Source: the human T2T-CHM13v2.0 reference genome, Homo sapiens. From it: DNA of 64,000 nt. How positions within the stretch are numbered: the stretch's first letter is position 1; every line of letters starts with the position of its first letter. The stretch is from the NCBI RefSeq assembly GCF_009914755.1, contig NC_060941.1, one strand, 5' to 3'. The translations under genes and the position numbers were made by a program. The notes below the pieces were generated by a model that was not told the DNA's origin, ran no database searches, and worked only from the letters and a program-made list of their open reading frames with translations. Shown in pieces: positions 35,275 through 52,457 of the stretch.

Positions 35275-35430
35275 GTTTTCAAATTACTCTTGCCTGGACC
35301 ACATTCCAGTCTAATTATATCAGAATCTCAGGGAGTGAGGGCTCACGAATGCATCGTTTAGAAAACACCCTAGGCATCTCAAATTTGCAGCGGAAATTGC
35401 CGTCCACACCAAGTTGATGAGCTGAAATGT
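35275..35430. promoter_or_regulatory. CS-A (CSH1) 3' enhancer paralog
   Basis: Paralog of 12440-12600; CATTCC 35302-35307. Confidence 0.75.
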
Positions 35431-37683
35431 AGACTAACAGTGGGTAAATCAAAGAGTTTAAAGTAGATGGTCTTTAAGGTCTTTTTATATTTTAAAATGT
35501 GCAAAGTTGGTAGTATCTTTCTAATTCTCAACCAGCAGTGGTTGAGTGGAGTTTCCTATACCCGAGGGGAGCTGGGTGGACAGTCTCTGGAGTGTGGCTC
35601 CGCCTGCAGTTCAGTTACATGTTATGACCACCCCACTTTAGAACCCTCTTAGCCACCCAAGTAGGCGCTGGACATTGTCATTCCACTGTCACGTGCATTC
35701 AACAAATACTTATTAAGATGGCTCACATTTCCTTTTAAAACACGCAAGCCGAGAGATAATTATAATTGTGCTCATTCCATCAACTTCTAAAGACTGAGAT
35801 TTCTAAATAATTTTAAGGCCAAATGAAGGACATTGCAGGAATATTGATTCCAGCTTCGTGCAAGAAATAGTTTTTTGCAATGAGAGTGGTTTAATAGAAT
35901 GAGGAGCCTTGTGAAAGTGATTCCCTTGGTTCTAGTGCTACACACTCGTAAATGGAATACTGACTGTAATGGATGTTGTAGGATAAGATTCCCAAAGTAG
36001 AAGAAACTAGGCTGACTTATGAGGCCCTTCTAACTCCAAAATGCCATAATTTTAAAGCCCGATAGTAGAAGAACAATGCAAGATGCAGGAATGGCTTCTG
36101 AGCTGAGAAATGCAGCAGCTCCAGAATTCTGTTTAGTTCAACTTTCAACCACTTCCCAAGGACTGAGTTATTAATGGTAAAATAGCCAAAAATGAATACA
36201 AGTGGGTCTCATTATCAAGAAAATTCATTATAGCATTTAAGAATCGAACTTCTAAAGAAGATTAATTGGGGGGTTGATTATTTGCATTGCAAAACAATTC
36301 CTGACTTTATGAAATCATTTTTGGATACTAGAGTTCCTGTGAGCATCTTAGCATCGATTTATAGGTCACCAGTCACTTAGCCAAGGTGCTTGGGAGAGCA
36401 AACTCTTAACTAACCACCGCTCTTTAGTGCTTATTTGGAAATAATAAACATCTGAGATGTTTATTATTTCCTAATTGTCATTAGGAAAACAATATAATTT
36501 CACTACAGGTATTTAGACACTCCATCAGAAAACACAAAACATCCAAAAATTCAATGCAGAAATAGCTAGAATTTCTTGAGTACTATAATATATCAAAAAT
36601 ACCATTGCATTTAGTCCTCACATAATCCTTGTAAAGCAATATATTATTATCTCAGCTTGGTCAAGTAATTTATTCGGGGGCACTAAATTACATACAGCCC
36701 AAATCTTTCTGATTCTTTCCCTTACACCAAGTTACCCCAATCAACATCTCTTAGAACAAAATTGCTCACAGACAGCTTGGAGACCATGTGTGTTTGGGTT
36801 AATTTTTGCCCTTAAAAGATTTTCAATATGTGTTGCCAGTGTTTAAATGTTAGAATTCCTGTAAAAGTCTGGATGTCCTGGCTGTCTCAAAAGGTCAGAA
36901 GGTCTGGAAGCCGTGTCCCTGCAGTCCTGATGGTGACAGGCGGGCTGGGTCCCACCTCAGCAGGGGCCTGAGTTCTGCAGATTGTGCTGGTTCCCACCCC
37001 TCTGTGTTGCATCCCCCGAAGGGAAGCGAGTGTCATCTGGGATTTATCCCCTCCCATCCAGCCCTCATTGCTTACATTGTTATCTACCTGGAACCTGTTG
37101 GCACTGCATTTACAACCCCAAATAAAATCTCTCTTCCACTTCCCTTGCCCTAATTCAGATTCCAAATGCTCTGGTTCTGTATGTCTCAAACTCATTTTTG
37201 CATTGTTCTCATTTCCCGAGAGTAGTTGGGCTTAAGGAATACTCATCTTAAAATTCTTCCGAACACAAGTAATTCTATGCCATTGTTTCCTCACCTGTTG
37301 GGGAGTTTTTGCCTCTGCACTTAATAGCCCATCTTGTTTTCATTTCTTTCCGCTCCTGGGGGGCTAGGTTTGGTGTTGCTGGTGATGGTGGGGGAGGAAG
37401 AAATGCCTTCAAGTCATCTCTGAGATGACCAATGAGCTGTGACCAGCAAGCTGGGACCACTGAGCTGGTGGAATGGCCTTAGTGAGTAATAGACAGCAGT
37501 GATGTGTCAGCTTTTTTCTGGCCCAGGAACAGCCAAACCTCTTATATTTCAGTGGCCTAGTTCCCAATAGACCTTGAAGGCCCTCCAGGTCTTCTTTCCA
37601 CCTACCCCTTGCTCCATACCACCACCTTCCACCCCATAATATTATAGAATGACACCTAGTCAGATGAAATGATACAACTTAAT

Positions 37684-37689
37684 TTTATT
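37684..37689 (-). terminator. CSH1 polyadenylation signal
   Basis: AATAAA at the paralogous position. Confidence 0.85.
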
Positions 37690-37773
37690 AGGACAAGGCT
37701 GGTGGGCACTGGAGTGGCACCTTCAGGGCCAGGAGAGGCACTGGGGAGGGGTCACAGGATGCTACTCGGGCAC

Positions 37774-39263
<1,490 letters not shown>

Positions 39264-39344
39264 TGCCACTAGGTGAGCTGTCCACAGGACCCTGAGTGGT
39301 TCGGGGAGTTGGGCCTTGGGATCCTAGAGCCGGTCTCTTGTGGG

Positions 39345-39620
39345 CCCTTTTTATACCCTGGCCAGTTCTCTCTCCCTGCTTGACCCCACCTGTTTCTGTG
39401 TACATTTATGCATGGGGCCACTGACGGGCTTGTGCTAGTGGATAATTTAGAAGCTCCTCCCACACATGCTGGGATCATGCCCCCTGGCTTGTCGTCTTTC
39501 CCTTCTCACCATCACCAGTGTTGTAAGGATTGTGCACAGAGTGTCAGCCACAGACTCCACCCAACTTGTCCTCTCTTTAAGGGTCAGGTGGGTGCCCTCT
39601 GGCTGCAGGCCATGTTGGTC
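39345..39620 (-). promoter_or_regulatory. CSH1 proximal promoter
   Basis: TATAAA 39355-39350; proximal Pit-1 site intact; distal site altered (TTATCCACTAG vs TTATCCATTAG). Confidence 0.85.
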
Positions 39621-40822
39621 AACCTGAACGCGGGGAAGGCTGTCAGGATAGCCAGTCCTTGAGACCCCTACCGACCCCATTCCACTCTCTATCCTATTCC
39701 TTTCCTCCTCCCCGCGTGTTTAACTTCCACCCACCAGACAGAATGTGTGTGTTGGGAAAAGGGGCCAAGCACAGCCAATAGATTGTGGGGGTTCTGAGCA
39801 CCATTGAGTCCTGAATTCCACTTTTGCTGATGACTCCTGGGCCCACCTGAGTCAGCTGGATGCAGTGCTAACACTGACCACTAGAGAGAACCAACCCCAC
39901 ACATTGCTCTCCCCTTTCCCTGAACCTTGGGGCGGAGGCGGTGGGGCTCCCCCAGGTCCCTGGGGACGAATAACCCAGACTCAAGGTATTGCCCCAGCTC
40001 CTTGGACCTGTAGCAGAGATACAAACCAAGAAACAGAAATCCCGGGAACAGACACGGACCACAAGCGCTTCCTCCCATAGTCCTGAAACCAACAGAGAAT
40101 CTCAAAGTTGGAAGAGCTCTTGAAGATTTGAGTCTCTTCCCCAGCTTTAAAACTCAGAACACATCACGCCGAAAGAGGCCCTATCCAGCCATGGAAGCCC
40201 GTCCTCTTTTGTCTCTTCCTCCTTTCCAGACCTGTGTAGAGCTTATCCAGTTGTCAAAGGCCTGCCTGTGCATTCTCACGTCTGACCTGCAACTTGTCTT
40301 GTGTAGGAGGTATGAGTATCATCCCATTTCACAGATCAGGAGACTGAGGCTCAGAGAGACTGATTGCATGAGCTACCTCAGCCAGGGCAGCAGATCTCCA
40401 CAACCTGGCTCTTCCCACATTGCGTCATTTAAAGTCCTTTCTCCAGGCCGGGCATGGTGGCTCATGCCTGTAATCCCAGCACTTTGGAAGACTGAGGTGG
40501 GTGGATCACTTGAGGTCAGGAGTTCAAGGCCAGACTAGCCAACATGGCAAAACTCCATCTCTTAAAAATACAAAAGTAGCTGTGTGTGGTGGCAGAAGCC
40601 TGCAATCCCAGTTACTCCGGAGGGTGAGGAGGTAGAATCGCTTGAACCCAGGACGCAGAGGTTGCCGTGAGCCAAGATTGGGCCATGGCACTCCAGCCTG
40701 GGCGCCAGAGTGAGACTCCATTTCAACAACCACAACAACGACAACAACAACAACAACAACAACAAAAGTCCTTTCTCCAGAGCAGGTGGTGTGGTGCTAC
40801 TCAGTTATTTAGTTATTTTAGT

Positions 40823-40968
<146 letters not shown>

Positions 40969-40976
40969 GTTTTTGA

Positions 40977-42042
<1,066 letters not shown>

Positions 42043-42525
42043 CTTCCTCCAATGTCAGCTGGGACAGGGAGCCCCCATGACAGGGTCTTTTAGCCAGTGC
42101 TGGGGACTTAGATGTGGATTTTTGGCCATGGAAGAAGTCTGCAGCCTCCCTTAGGAAAGAGGGTGGCAGGGGCCCTAGTTGGGGACCACTACATAACTCC
42201 GCAGGTGGGCACACGGGTGGCGAGGCTCCCCATGCAGGTTACTGCCAGGAACATGTGGGACCTGCCAGGGCAGGGGAGTGTCTCCTCTCACCTCTCCATT
42301 TCTGTTGACCGCAGAATTATGGTGACTCAGAGGACTCTAGGAACCCCTGGGGAAACACCTTTGTAAGGGGTTACCATGCCAACCATGGACCAGAGGGAAG
42401 AACTGAGGCCCACAGGTGTGGGTAGAAGTCAATGATCATTTTCTCTAGTCTAGATCTTCCCAGAGCCTTGAGCAATGGAGACCATGTCTATCATTCATTG
42501 CTGGTAAAAAATCAACTTTGAATTA

Positions 42526-43040
<515 letters not shown>

Positions 43041-43384
43041 AGTAGAAAAATCCTCATCTCTGAGTTCACTGTTACCTAGCTCCTTACCCACCGAGAAACA
43101 AACATGGGAAGCAGGGGCCCCAGGGCCACCATGGACAGAGCAGCATTATATTTTAGTCCAAATCCATAAGAACACCCTAGGTTTCATCTGGGACTCCCTG
43201 CCCATACGGAAAGTGGGAAAGAAGAGTTGGCTCAAAGCAGGGAGCTGCTAGTGCTCCCTTGGGAAGGAAAGCTGTTGGGTGAAGGGGACAGCATTTGGGT
43301 GAGGGGAGGAGAGGGAGCAGGGGGTGAAGGTAGGGAGGGAGTGTGGTGCACTGAACTCAGCTCTTTGGGAAACTGTTTTTGCAG

Positions 43385-44044
43385 ACAAGCCATGGTTAGA
43401 GGAATCCAGTTGCTCTGCCAAACAGACCTGGCTGGAAGGGATGGAACACACGCTCGCCTGCGTCCCAAAGGGAAACCCAGCTCCAGCCTTGGTGTGTACC
43501 TGGAATGGGGTGGTCTTTGACCTTGAAGTGCCACAGAAGGCAACCCAGAACCACACTGGAACCTACTGCTGCACAGCCACTAACCAGCTGGGCTCTGTCA
43601 GCAAAGACATTGCTGTCATTGTTCAAGGTAACCTTTGCTGCCCTGCTGCCAGGCCCAGGATGGAAACCCCTCAGGGGTTTGGGATTCTTATCCAAGCATG
43701 AAAATAAGAAAGATTCTACTAGGTTGGGAAGAATGAGACTCAGAAGTGGGCCTGGTGGGCTGGGGTGGGTGATCTTTGTACTCTCAGACTTTCCTAACTC
43801 TATCTTCTGTGCTTGGGCAGGACTGGATGAAGGAATCAGCTCTACCCTCTTTGTCATTATTACCGTTGCCCTTGGAGTGGGTGTCATCACCATAGCACTG
43901 TATTTGAGCTATCGGCCCTGCAAAGTAGACAGGAGGAAATTGCTCTACAGGCAGAAAGAGGAGGACAAAGAGGAGGAAAGCCAGTTTGCTGTTCAGGAAG
44001 AGAAAAGTACAACTCATATAATTGACAGCTATTTGATTGAATGA
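43385..44044 (+). pseudogene. Duplicated TCAM1 3' fragment, copy 3 (reading frame open)
   Basis: Exons 43385-43627 and 43821-44044 have intact AG/GT sites. CAG rather than TAG at 43546-43548, and the YCC motif is retained. Confidence 0.9.
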
Positions 44045-44238
44045 GACTTCTGCTACTGTGGTTTCCCAGGGATGGGAGAAGGGATAGAGGAGAAAGGAAG
44101 AAACACAATGGCAGGCTGCATTCCTATTTGTGTACATCTGTCCTGTAAAACGGTGTTTCAGGCCCCCATGCCCCATGTCCTGTGTGTCCAATATGTCCAC
44201 AATCTCACCATTCTCTCTCTCTCTCTTTTTTTTTTTGA

Positions 44239-44427
<189 letters not shown>

Positions 44428-46786
44428 TAGGCTGTTCTCAAACTCCTGACCTCAAGTGATCCGCCCACCTTGGCCCCCCAAAATGCTGGGATTACAGGTG
44501 TGAGCCACCGCGCCCAGCCACCTTTCTCTTTAGAGCTCACCCTAGTCATTAGGAATCTCAGTCTCAATGTTTGATTTGTAAGAAGGCCTCTTGCTCCTTG
44601 CCAGGTGCTTCATCAGTCCACTCTTAGATCCAAAAAAAAAAAGAAAAGATCTTGCCGTTTCTTCATGGTTCTCACTGCCCTTTTCTCTTAAACATCATAC
44701 TACAGTCAGGCATATCTTAGAAATACAACTCATATTTCATGGGTTTTTGATTACTAACTGGGAGCTAAATTTGTAGTCCATGGACAGGACTTTGAAGGGA
44801 GTAAGTATCAAATATGGGGCTAGGAATCAGAGCTCTGTTCCCATCTCCACTTTCCCTTGCTCCCCTGACCTGGGCTTCTGGAGTGCCAGCTCCCAGAGCT
44901 GAGCTTGTTGACATCATTAAGGATCAGTGGCAAGCTGCAACTCAGTAACCATCTGTTGTGGGTCTTGGGGGAGTATACAGATGGTAAGAAATTCCACTTC
45001 GGGCCAGACAAGCATCGTATCTAGCCCAGTGTTCTGTCTCTGAAGTAGAAGGTAGAGTTCTTCCATGAAATTGGCCTCTTAGGTTAAGAGCTCCAAACAT
45101 CTCTGAATTCCTTTTCATAGAGTGATCAACTGTGAGTTCGCATTTGCCAGTTTTCTTTTTTTTACCCATATAGGTGTCTAGGTTAGAGTTGCAATGTTTA
45201 CTCTCTGTTTTCATCAAGAAGTGCATATTTTCTTCTGACTGTAAACAATTTCCTTGAAGCTTCAAGAGGAATCCTCTTGTGAAAATGTTCATATGATTTT
45301 ATGGTTCAGCCTCCTTCCCTGTCCTTCGGAAAGAGTATATTCACCCTCGGAGAAGGCGTGAGGAATCACAAAACCAGATATTTTCTCCCAAGTCAGTCAA
45401 GAAATGTTCACTGGAATGTTGCTATGGTAAAAATAAAAGTGGTTTTATGATGTCCAAATGCAGTTCCCTTCCCTTCTGTGTCATTGCTGAAAGCTCTTGT
45501 TATGTCAAATGGTTGCATTTTATCACTTTTTTTTTTTTTCAGATGCAGTCTCGCTCTATTGCCCAGGCTGGAGTGCAATGGCGTGATTTTGGCTCACTTC
45601 CACCTCTACCTCCTGGGTTCAAGGATTTCTCTGCCTCAGCCTCCCAAGTAGCTGGGATTACAGGTGCCCATCACCATGCCCAGATAATTTTTTGTATTTT
45701 TAGTAGAGACAGGGTTTCACCATCTTGGCCAGGCTGGTCTTGAAGTCCTGATCTCGTGATCCACCCACTTCGGCCTTCTAAAGTGCTGGGATTACAGGTA
45801 TGAGCCACCGCTCCCGGCTGCATTTTATAACTTTAAGTACAATTTCTAAGGAAAAAATACCGTGTTGATAGCATAAACAACCAGCCCGGGGCAGGGGGTG
45901 CATTAGCTCAGGGTGGCAGCCTATGTAAACTGCTTTCAAAACTGAAATTCAGGCCGGGGCGGTGGCTCAGCGTGTAATCCCAGCACTTTGGGAGGCTGAG
46001 GCGGGCGAATCACTTGAGCCCCAGAGTTTGCGAATAGCCTGGGCAACATGGCAAACCCCATTTCTACAAAAAACACAAAACTTAGCCAGGTATAGTGGCA
46101 CGTGCCTGTAGTCCCAGCTACTTGAGAGTCTGAGGTGGGAGGATCACTTGGGCGCGGGAGGTGGAGGGTTGCAGCGAGTTGAGATCATGCACTGCACTCC
46201 AGCCTGGGTGACATAGCCAGACCCTGTCTCAAAAGCAAAACAAAGGAAACACAAGCAAAAAGAAAAGCTAAAGTTCAGACTTCCAGATAGAGAGAGGTCC
46301 ATAGCTTTCCAAATTGCAGATACCAGCTAGAAAAAACCATGGCATCAGACAGCAGAGGGAAAACGTTTTCCCATTCTTCCCAGACCTCCCCTGAGTCTGG
46401 TGCTATAGATTAAGTGTAAAAGTAACCCTTTGGTTTCACCACATACAAGGCAGTGGGGATACAGTGGTGAACAAAACATTGTTCCTGGCTTCCACAAATT
46501 TATTAGGAAAGCAAGACAAACAAGTAGGAGATTACATTTGTGCATGAACTCCTATGACTGGGAAAACAGATTGTTAAGAGAAAGCATAACTCGAATCAAG
46601 GAAGGCTTCCTGGAGGGACACGAAATATCTTGACTTTATAAAATAGCATCATCCCGGAACATGACCTTTTCAACCTCAATGTTTCCAGTAGGTGGAGCTA
46701 CTGCTCCTTCATCATGTGAGTCTAATATAAATCATCCACCTTCCCTGAATTGAGCATTTGGGGAAGTAAGTTAAGAAGCAGGTTTA

Positions 46787-47183
<397 letters not shown>

Positions 47184-47456
47184 TCAGCCGGCTGCTGCCT
47201 TTGCTTCTCACTGCTACAGGGTGTCAGTGTTGACAGATGGTCCCACACAGTACCCTCAAACCAAGCGGGTCTGCAGATCTGGGTTCCCACCTGCTGTAGA
47301 TCTCTGAGGGAGGATGATCTGCTTCTTCGGGGCCTGGTCCAGCTCTGCAGGTGTCCTCTTGCTGGGGTTTCCAGCTTTCCAGTTCTTAGAGCTCAGTAGT
47401 TTGGATGAGCCGTCCCGCAAAGCTCTTCAGAGTAGGCTGGGCTTTTTCCCTTGTAG

Positions 47457-47765
<309 letters not shown>

Positions 47766-50019
47766 TGATCTGCCCACCTCGGCCTCCCAAAGTGCTGGGA
47801 TTACAGGAGTGAGTCACCACGCCCGGCTTCATTGATTCTTAAAGCAAGAAGGATCTCATATCTCTTTTCCAGTATAATAGAGCTTCTAAGGGTAGTTGCC
47901 TTCATTGTCTATAGGAGGAGGCCCCACCCTCTAAATGGTTTTGATCATATTCTTTCTGAACATTAAAGCAACCAGCTCATACTTAAATTGCAGCTACCTT
48001 GATTATCTCCAGAGGAAGAGTGGCCTTTAATACTCCAAAATTTTATCTTCTTTCTTATTATTTTTGAGAGAGAATCTTCCTCAGCCACCCAGCTGGAGTG
48101 CAGTGGCATGATGGGCCCAGCCCAACACTGCCTCCCGGGCTCAAGCGATTCTCATGCCTTCGTAGCTGGGAATACAGGTGTGCACCACCACACCTGGCTA
48201 ATTTTTGTATTTTTTAGTAAGAGACGGGGTGCCACCATGTTGGCCAGGCTTATCTCGAACTTGTGACCTCCTCCCGCCTCAGCCCTCCAAAGTGCTGAGA
48301 TTACTGGCGTGAGCCACAGTGCCTGGCCATTTATGCTCTCAAGGATGGTCAGGGTGACATTCTGGTGTCTTTCTCTCTAGACCTGAGAAAGCATAAGTTA
48401 CATCGTTAGTGGGACTTCTTACCATAGGATTAATAATAGTATTTACCTTAGAGAATTATAGTTAGAAAGAAATGACATAATACTTGTAATAAACTAGCAT
48501 GGTGCTGGAGACATGTGTTCACATTTGTTGGTTTTTATTATTACACTGATAATTCTAGTGGTAATTAAGCACATCATTATAATCACAGTAAACTCAAAGC
48601 AAGAATCAGAAATCCATGATAACCATGAGGGCCATCAAAGGTCATATACACTGTGCACAGCTTTCCGGTTTTTCTAGTCTTTTTCTTGCTCCTTCCCCTA
48701 CTTTCCCCCCAGTTTGGTGCCCTAAGATTTAGGACTACTAATAGGGTGACCAGTCCTGTGAGCTGAGTTTGCATTGAGCTGAGGGATTCCTGGAAGGAAC
48801 GTGGGACTTTCAGTGTTGACATTGAGAAAGTCTCCTGCAAACCAGGACGAGTTGGTGACCCTAATCCCAGAGGTACTCATTGTGTGCCTCAGCACTCCAG
48901 GGCCTTCTGAATTAAAGAAGCATCCAGGCAAAGTGTCAGCTTGTCTTGGCTGAGAAGCCCAGACCCTACAATTCAGAAGAAAAAGGAAGGGGTCAGTTCT
49001 GCTCTCAACTGTGTATAAAGGGACAAAACCAACCATGTGTATTTCAACAATGCTCATGGAAGATATTCAGAAGTGGTCATTTTAGGTTAGGGTAAATTCA
49101 AAAAAATGACAGAGTCAGTAAAACATTATGCCAGGGGTCAAGGATGACTGGAGCTCTGCCTGCTGAACTCTTCCCTGTGCGAGTCTCGATAATCTTATCT
49201 TCAGGAAGAGTTTTCATTAGAAAATACCATTAAGGGCCAGGCCTGGTGGCTCCCGCCTGTAATCCTATCACTTTGGGAGGCCAAGGAGGGTGGATCACCT
49301 GAGGCCAGGAGTTTGAGACCAGCCTGGCCAACATGGCGAAACCCTGTCTTTACCAAAAATACAAAAATCTGCCCTGTGTGGTGGTGCACACTTATAATCC
49401 CAGCTACTCAGGAGGCTGAGGCATGAGAATCACTTGAACCCGGGAGGAGGCGGAGGTTGCAGTGAGCCAAGATCCCACCACTGCACTCCAGCCTCTGTCT
49501 CAAAAACAAAAACAAAAACAAAAGAAACTATTAACAATTTTTAGTTGTGAGAAGATATAAACATTTCCATCTTAACCATTTTACGTGTACAGTTCGGTCA
49601 CGTCAAGTACATTGACATCGTCATGCAACCCTCACCACCAACCATCTCCAGAACCCTTTTCATCTTGCACAGCTGAAACCCTGTGCTCGTTAAATGGCTC
49701 CCTATTCCATCCCTCCCCACAGCCACTGGCAGCCACCATCCTACTTTTTGTCTCTACGAATTTGACTGCTCTGAGTACCTCATCTAACTGGAATCAGAGA
49801 GTATTTGTCTTTCTGTGACTGGCTCACGATAAACACTTTTTAGATGACTGGTTGGAATTAGGAGCAGGTGGCACCACAACTGGCCCAGGCCTCTCGTCTC
49901 CTTTTTCTCCGTTTTCCCTGTTCCACCAATACAACAGCTGTGAACACATGGGTCTCATCTTTGCGGTCCCTAACACAGTGGTTCTCAACCTTGTTTACAT
50001 GATAGAATCACCTGGGAAA

Positions 50020-50175
50020 GTTTTCAAACTACTCTTGCCTGGACCACATTCCAGGCTAATTATATCAGAATCTCAGGGAGTGAGGGCTCACGAATGCATC
50101 GTTTAGAAAACACCCTAGGCATCTCAAATTTGCAGCGGAAATTGCCGTCCACACCAAGTTGATGAGCTGAAAGGT
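50020..50175. promoter_or_regulatory. CS-L (CSHL1) 3' enhancer paralog
   Basis: Paralog of 12440-12600; CATTCC 50047-50052. Confidence 0.75.
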
Positions 50176-52367
50176 AGACTAACAGTAGGTAAATCAAAGA
50201 GTTTAAAGCAGATGGTCTTTAAGGTCTTTTTATATTCTAAAATGTGCAAAGTCAGGTAGTATCTTTCTAATTCTCAACCAGCAGTGGTTGAGTGGATTCT
50301 CCTATACCCGAGGGGAGCTGGGTGGACAGTCTCTGGCGTGTGGCTCCCCCTGCAGTTCAGTTATATGTTATGACCACCCCACTTTAGAACCCTCTTAGCC
50401 ACCCAAGTAGGCGCTGGACATTGTCATTCCACTGTCACGTGCATTCAACAAATACTTATTAAGATGGCTCACATTTCCTTTTAAAACACGCAAGCCGAGA
50501 GATAATTATAATTGTGCTCATTCCATCGACTTCTAAAGACTGAGATTTCTAAATAATTTTAAGGCCAAATGAAGGACATTGCAGGAATATTGATTCCAGC
50601 TTTGTGCAAGAAATAGTTTTCTGCAATGAGAGTGGTTTATTAGAATGAAGAGCCTTGTGAAAGGGATTCCCTTGGTTCTAGTGCTACACACTTGTAATTG
50701 GAATACTGACTGTAATGGACGCTGTAGGATAAGATTCCCAAAGTAGAAGAAACTAGACTGACTTATGAGGCCCTTCTAACTCCAAAATGCCGTAATTTTA
50801 AATTCCAATAGTAGAAGAACAACGTAAGATGCAGGAATGTCTTCTGAGCTGAGAAATGCAGCAGCTCTAGAGTTCTGATTAGTTCAGCTTTGAACCACTT
50901 CCCAAGGACTGAGTTATTAACTGCAAAATAGCCAAAAATGAACACAAGTGGGTCTCGTTATCAAAAAAATTCATTATGGCACATAAGAATCAGAACTTCT
51001 AAAGAAGATTAATTAGGGGGTTGATTATTTGCATTGTAAAATAATTCCTGACTTCATGAAATCATTTTTGGATACTAGAGTTCCTGTGAGCATCTTAGTA
51101 TAGATTTAGGTCACCAGTCACTTAGCCAAGGTGCTTGGGAGAGTAAACTCTTAACTAACCACCGCTCTTTAGTGCTTATTTGGAAATAATAAACATCTCA
51201 GATGTTTATTATTATTATAAAACATCCAAAAATTCAATGCAGAAATAACTACAATTTCTTCAGTACTATAATATGTCAAAAATACCATTGCATTTAATCC
51301 TCACATAATCCTTGTAAAGCAATATATTATTATCTCAGCTTGGTCAAGTAATTTATTCAGCGACACTAAATTGCATACAGCCCAAATCTTTCTGATTCTT
51401 TCCCTTACACCAAGTTACCCCAATCAACATCTCTTAGAACAAAATTGCTCACAGACAGCTTGGAGACCATGTGTGTTTGGGTTAATTTTTGCCCTTAAAA
51501 GATTTTCAGTATGTGTTGCCATTATTTAAATATTAGATTTCCCGTAACAGTCTGGATGTCCTGGCTGTCTCAAAGAATCAGAAGGTCTGGAAGCCGTGTC
51601 CCTGCAGTCCTGATGGTGACAGGCGGGCTGGGTCCCACCTCAGCAGGGGCTTGAGTTCTGCAGATTGTGCTGGTTCCCACCCTTCTGTGTTGCATCCCCT
51701 GAAGGGAAGCGAGTGTCATCTGGGATTTATCCCCTGCCATCCAGCCCTCATTGCTTACGTTGTTATCTACCTGGCACCTGTTGGCACTGCATTTACAACC
51801 CGCAAATAAAATCTCTCTTCCACTTCCCTTGCCCTAATTCAGATTCCAAATGCTCTGGTTCCATATGTCTCAAACTCATTTTTGCATTGTTCTCATTTCC
51901 CGAGAGTAGTTGGGCTTAAGGAATATTCATCTTAAAATTCTTCCGAACACAAGTAATTCTATGCCATTGTTTCCTCACCTGTTGGGGAGTTTTTGCCTCT
52001 GCACTTAATAGCCCATCTTGTTTTCATTTCTTCCCGCTCCTGGGGGGCTAGGTTTGGTGTTGCTGGTGATGGTGGGGGAGGAAGAAATGCCTTCAAGTCA
52101 TCTCTGGGATGACCAATGAGCTATGACCAGCAAGCTGGGACCACTGAGCTGGTGGAATGGCCTTAGTGAGTAATAGACAGCAGTGATATGTCAGCCTTTT
52201 TCTGGCCCAGGAACAGCCAAACCTCTTATATTTCAGTGGCCTAGTTCCCAATAGACCCTGAAGGCCCTCCAGGTCGTCTTCCCACCTACCCCTTGCTCCA
52301 TACCACCACCTTCCACCCCATAATATTATAGAAGGACACCTAGTCAGATGAAACAATACAACTTAAT

Positions 52368-52373
52368 TTTATT
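52368..52373 (-). terminator. CSHL1 polyadenylation signal
   Basis: AATAAA at the paralogous position. Confidence 0.85.
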
Positions 52374-52457
52374 AAGACAAGGCTGGTGGGCACTGGAGTG
52401 GCACCTTCAGGGCCAGGAGAGGCACTGGGGAGGGGTCACAGGATGCCACGCGGGCCC

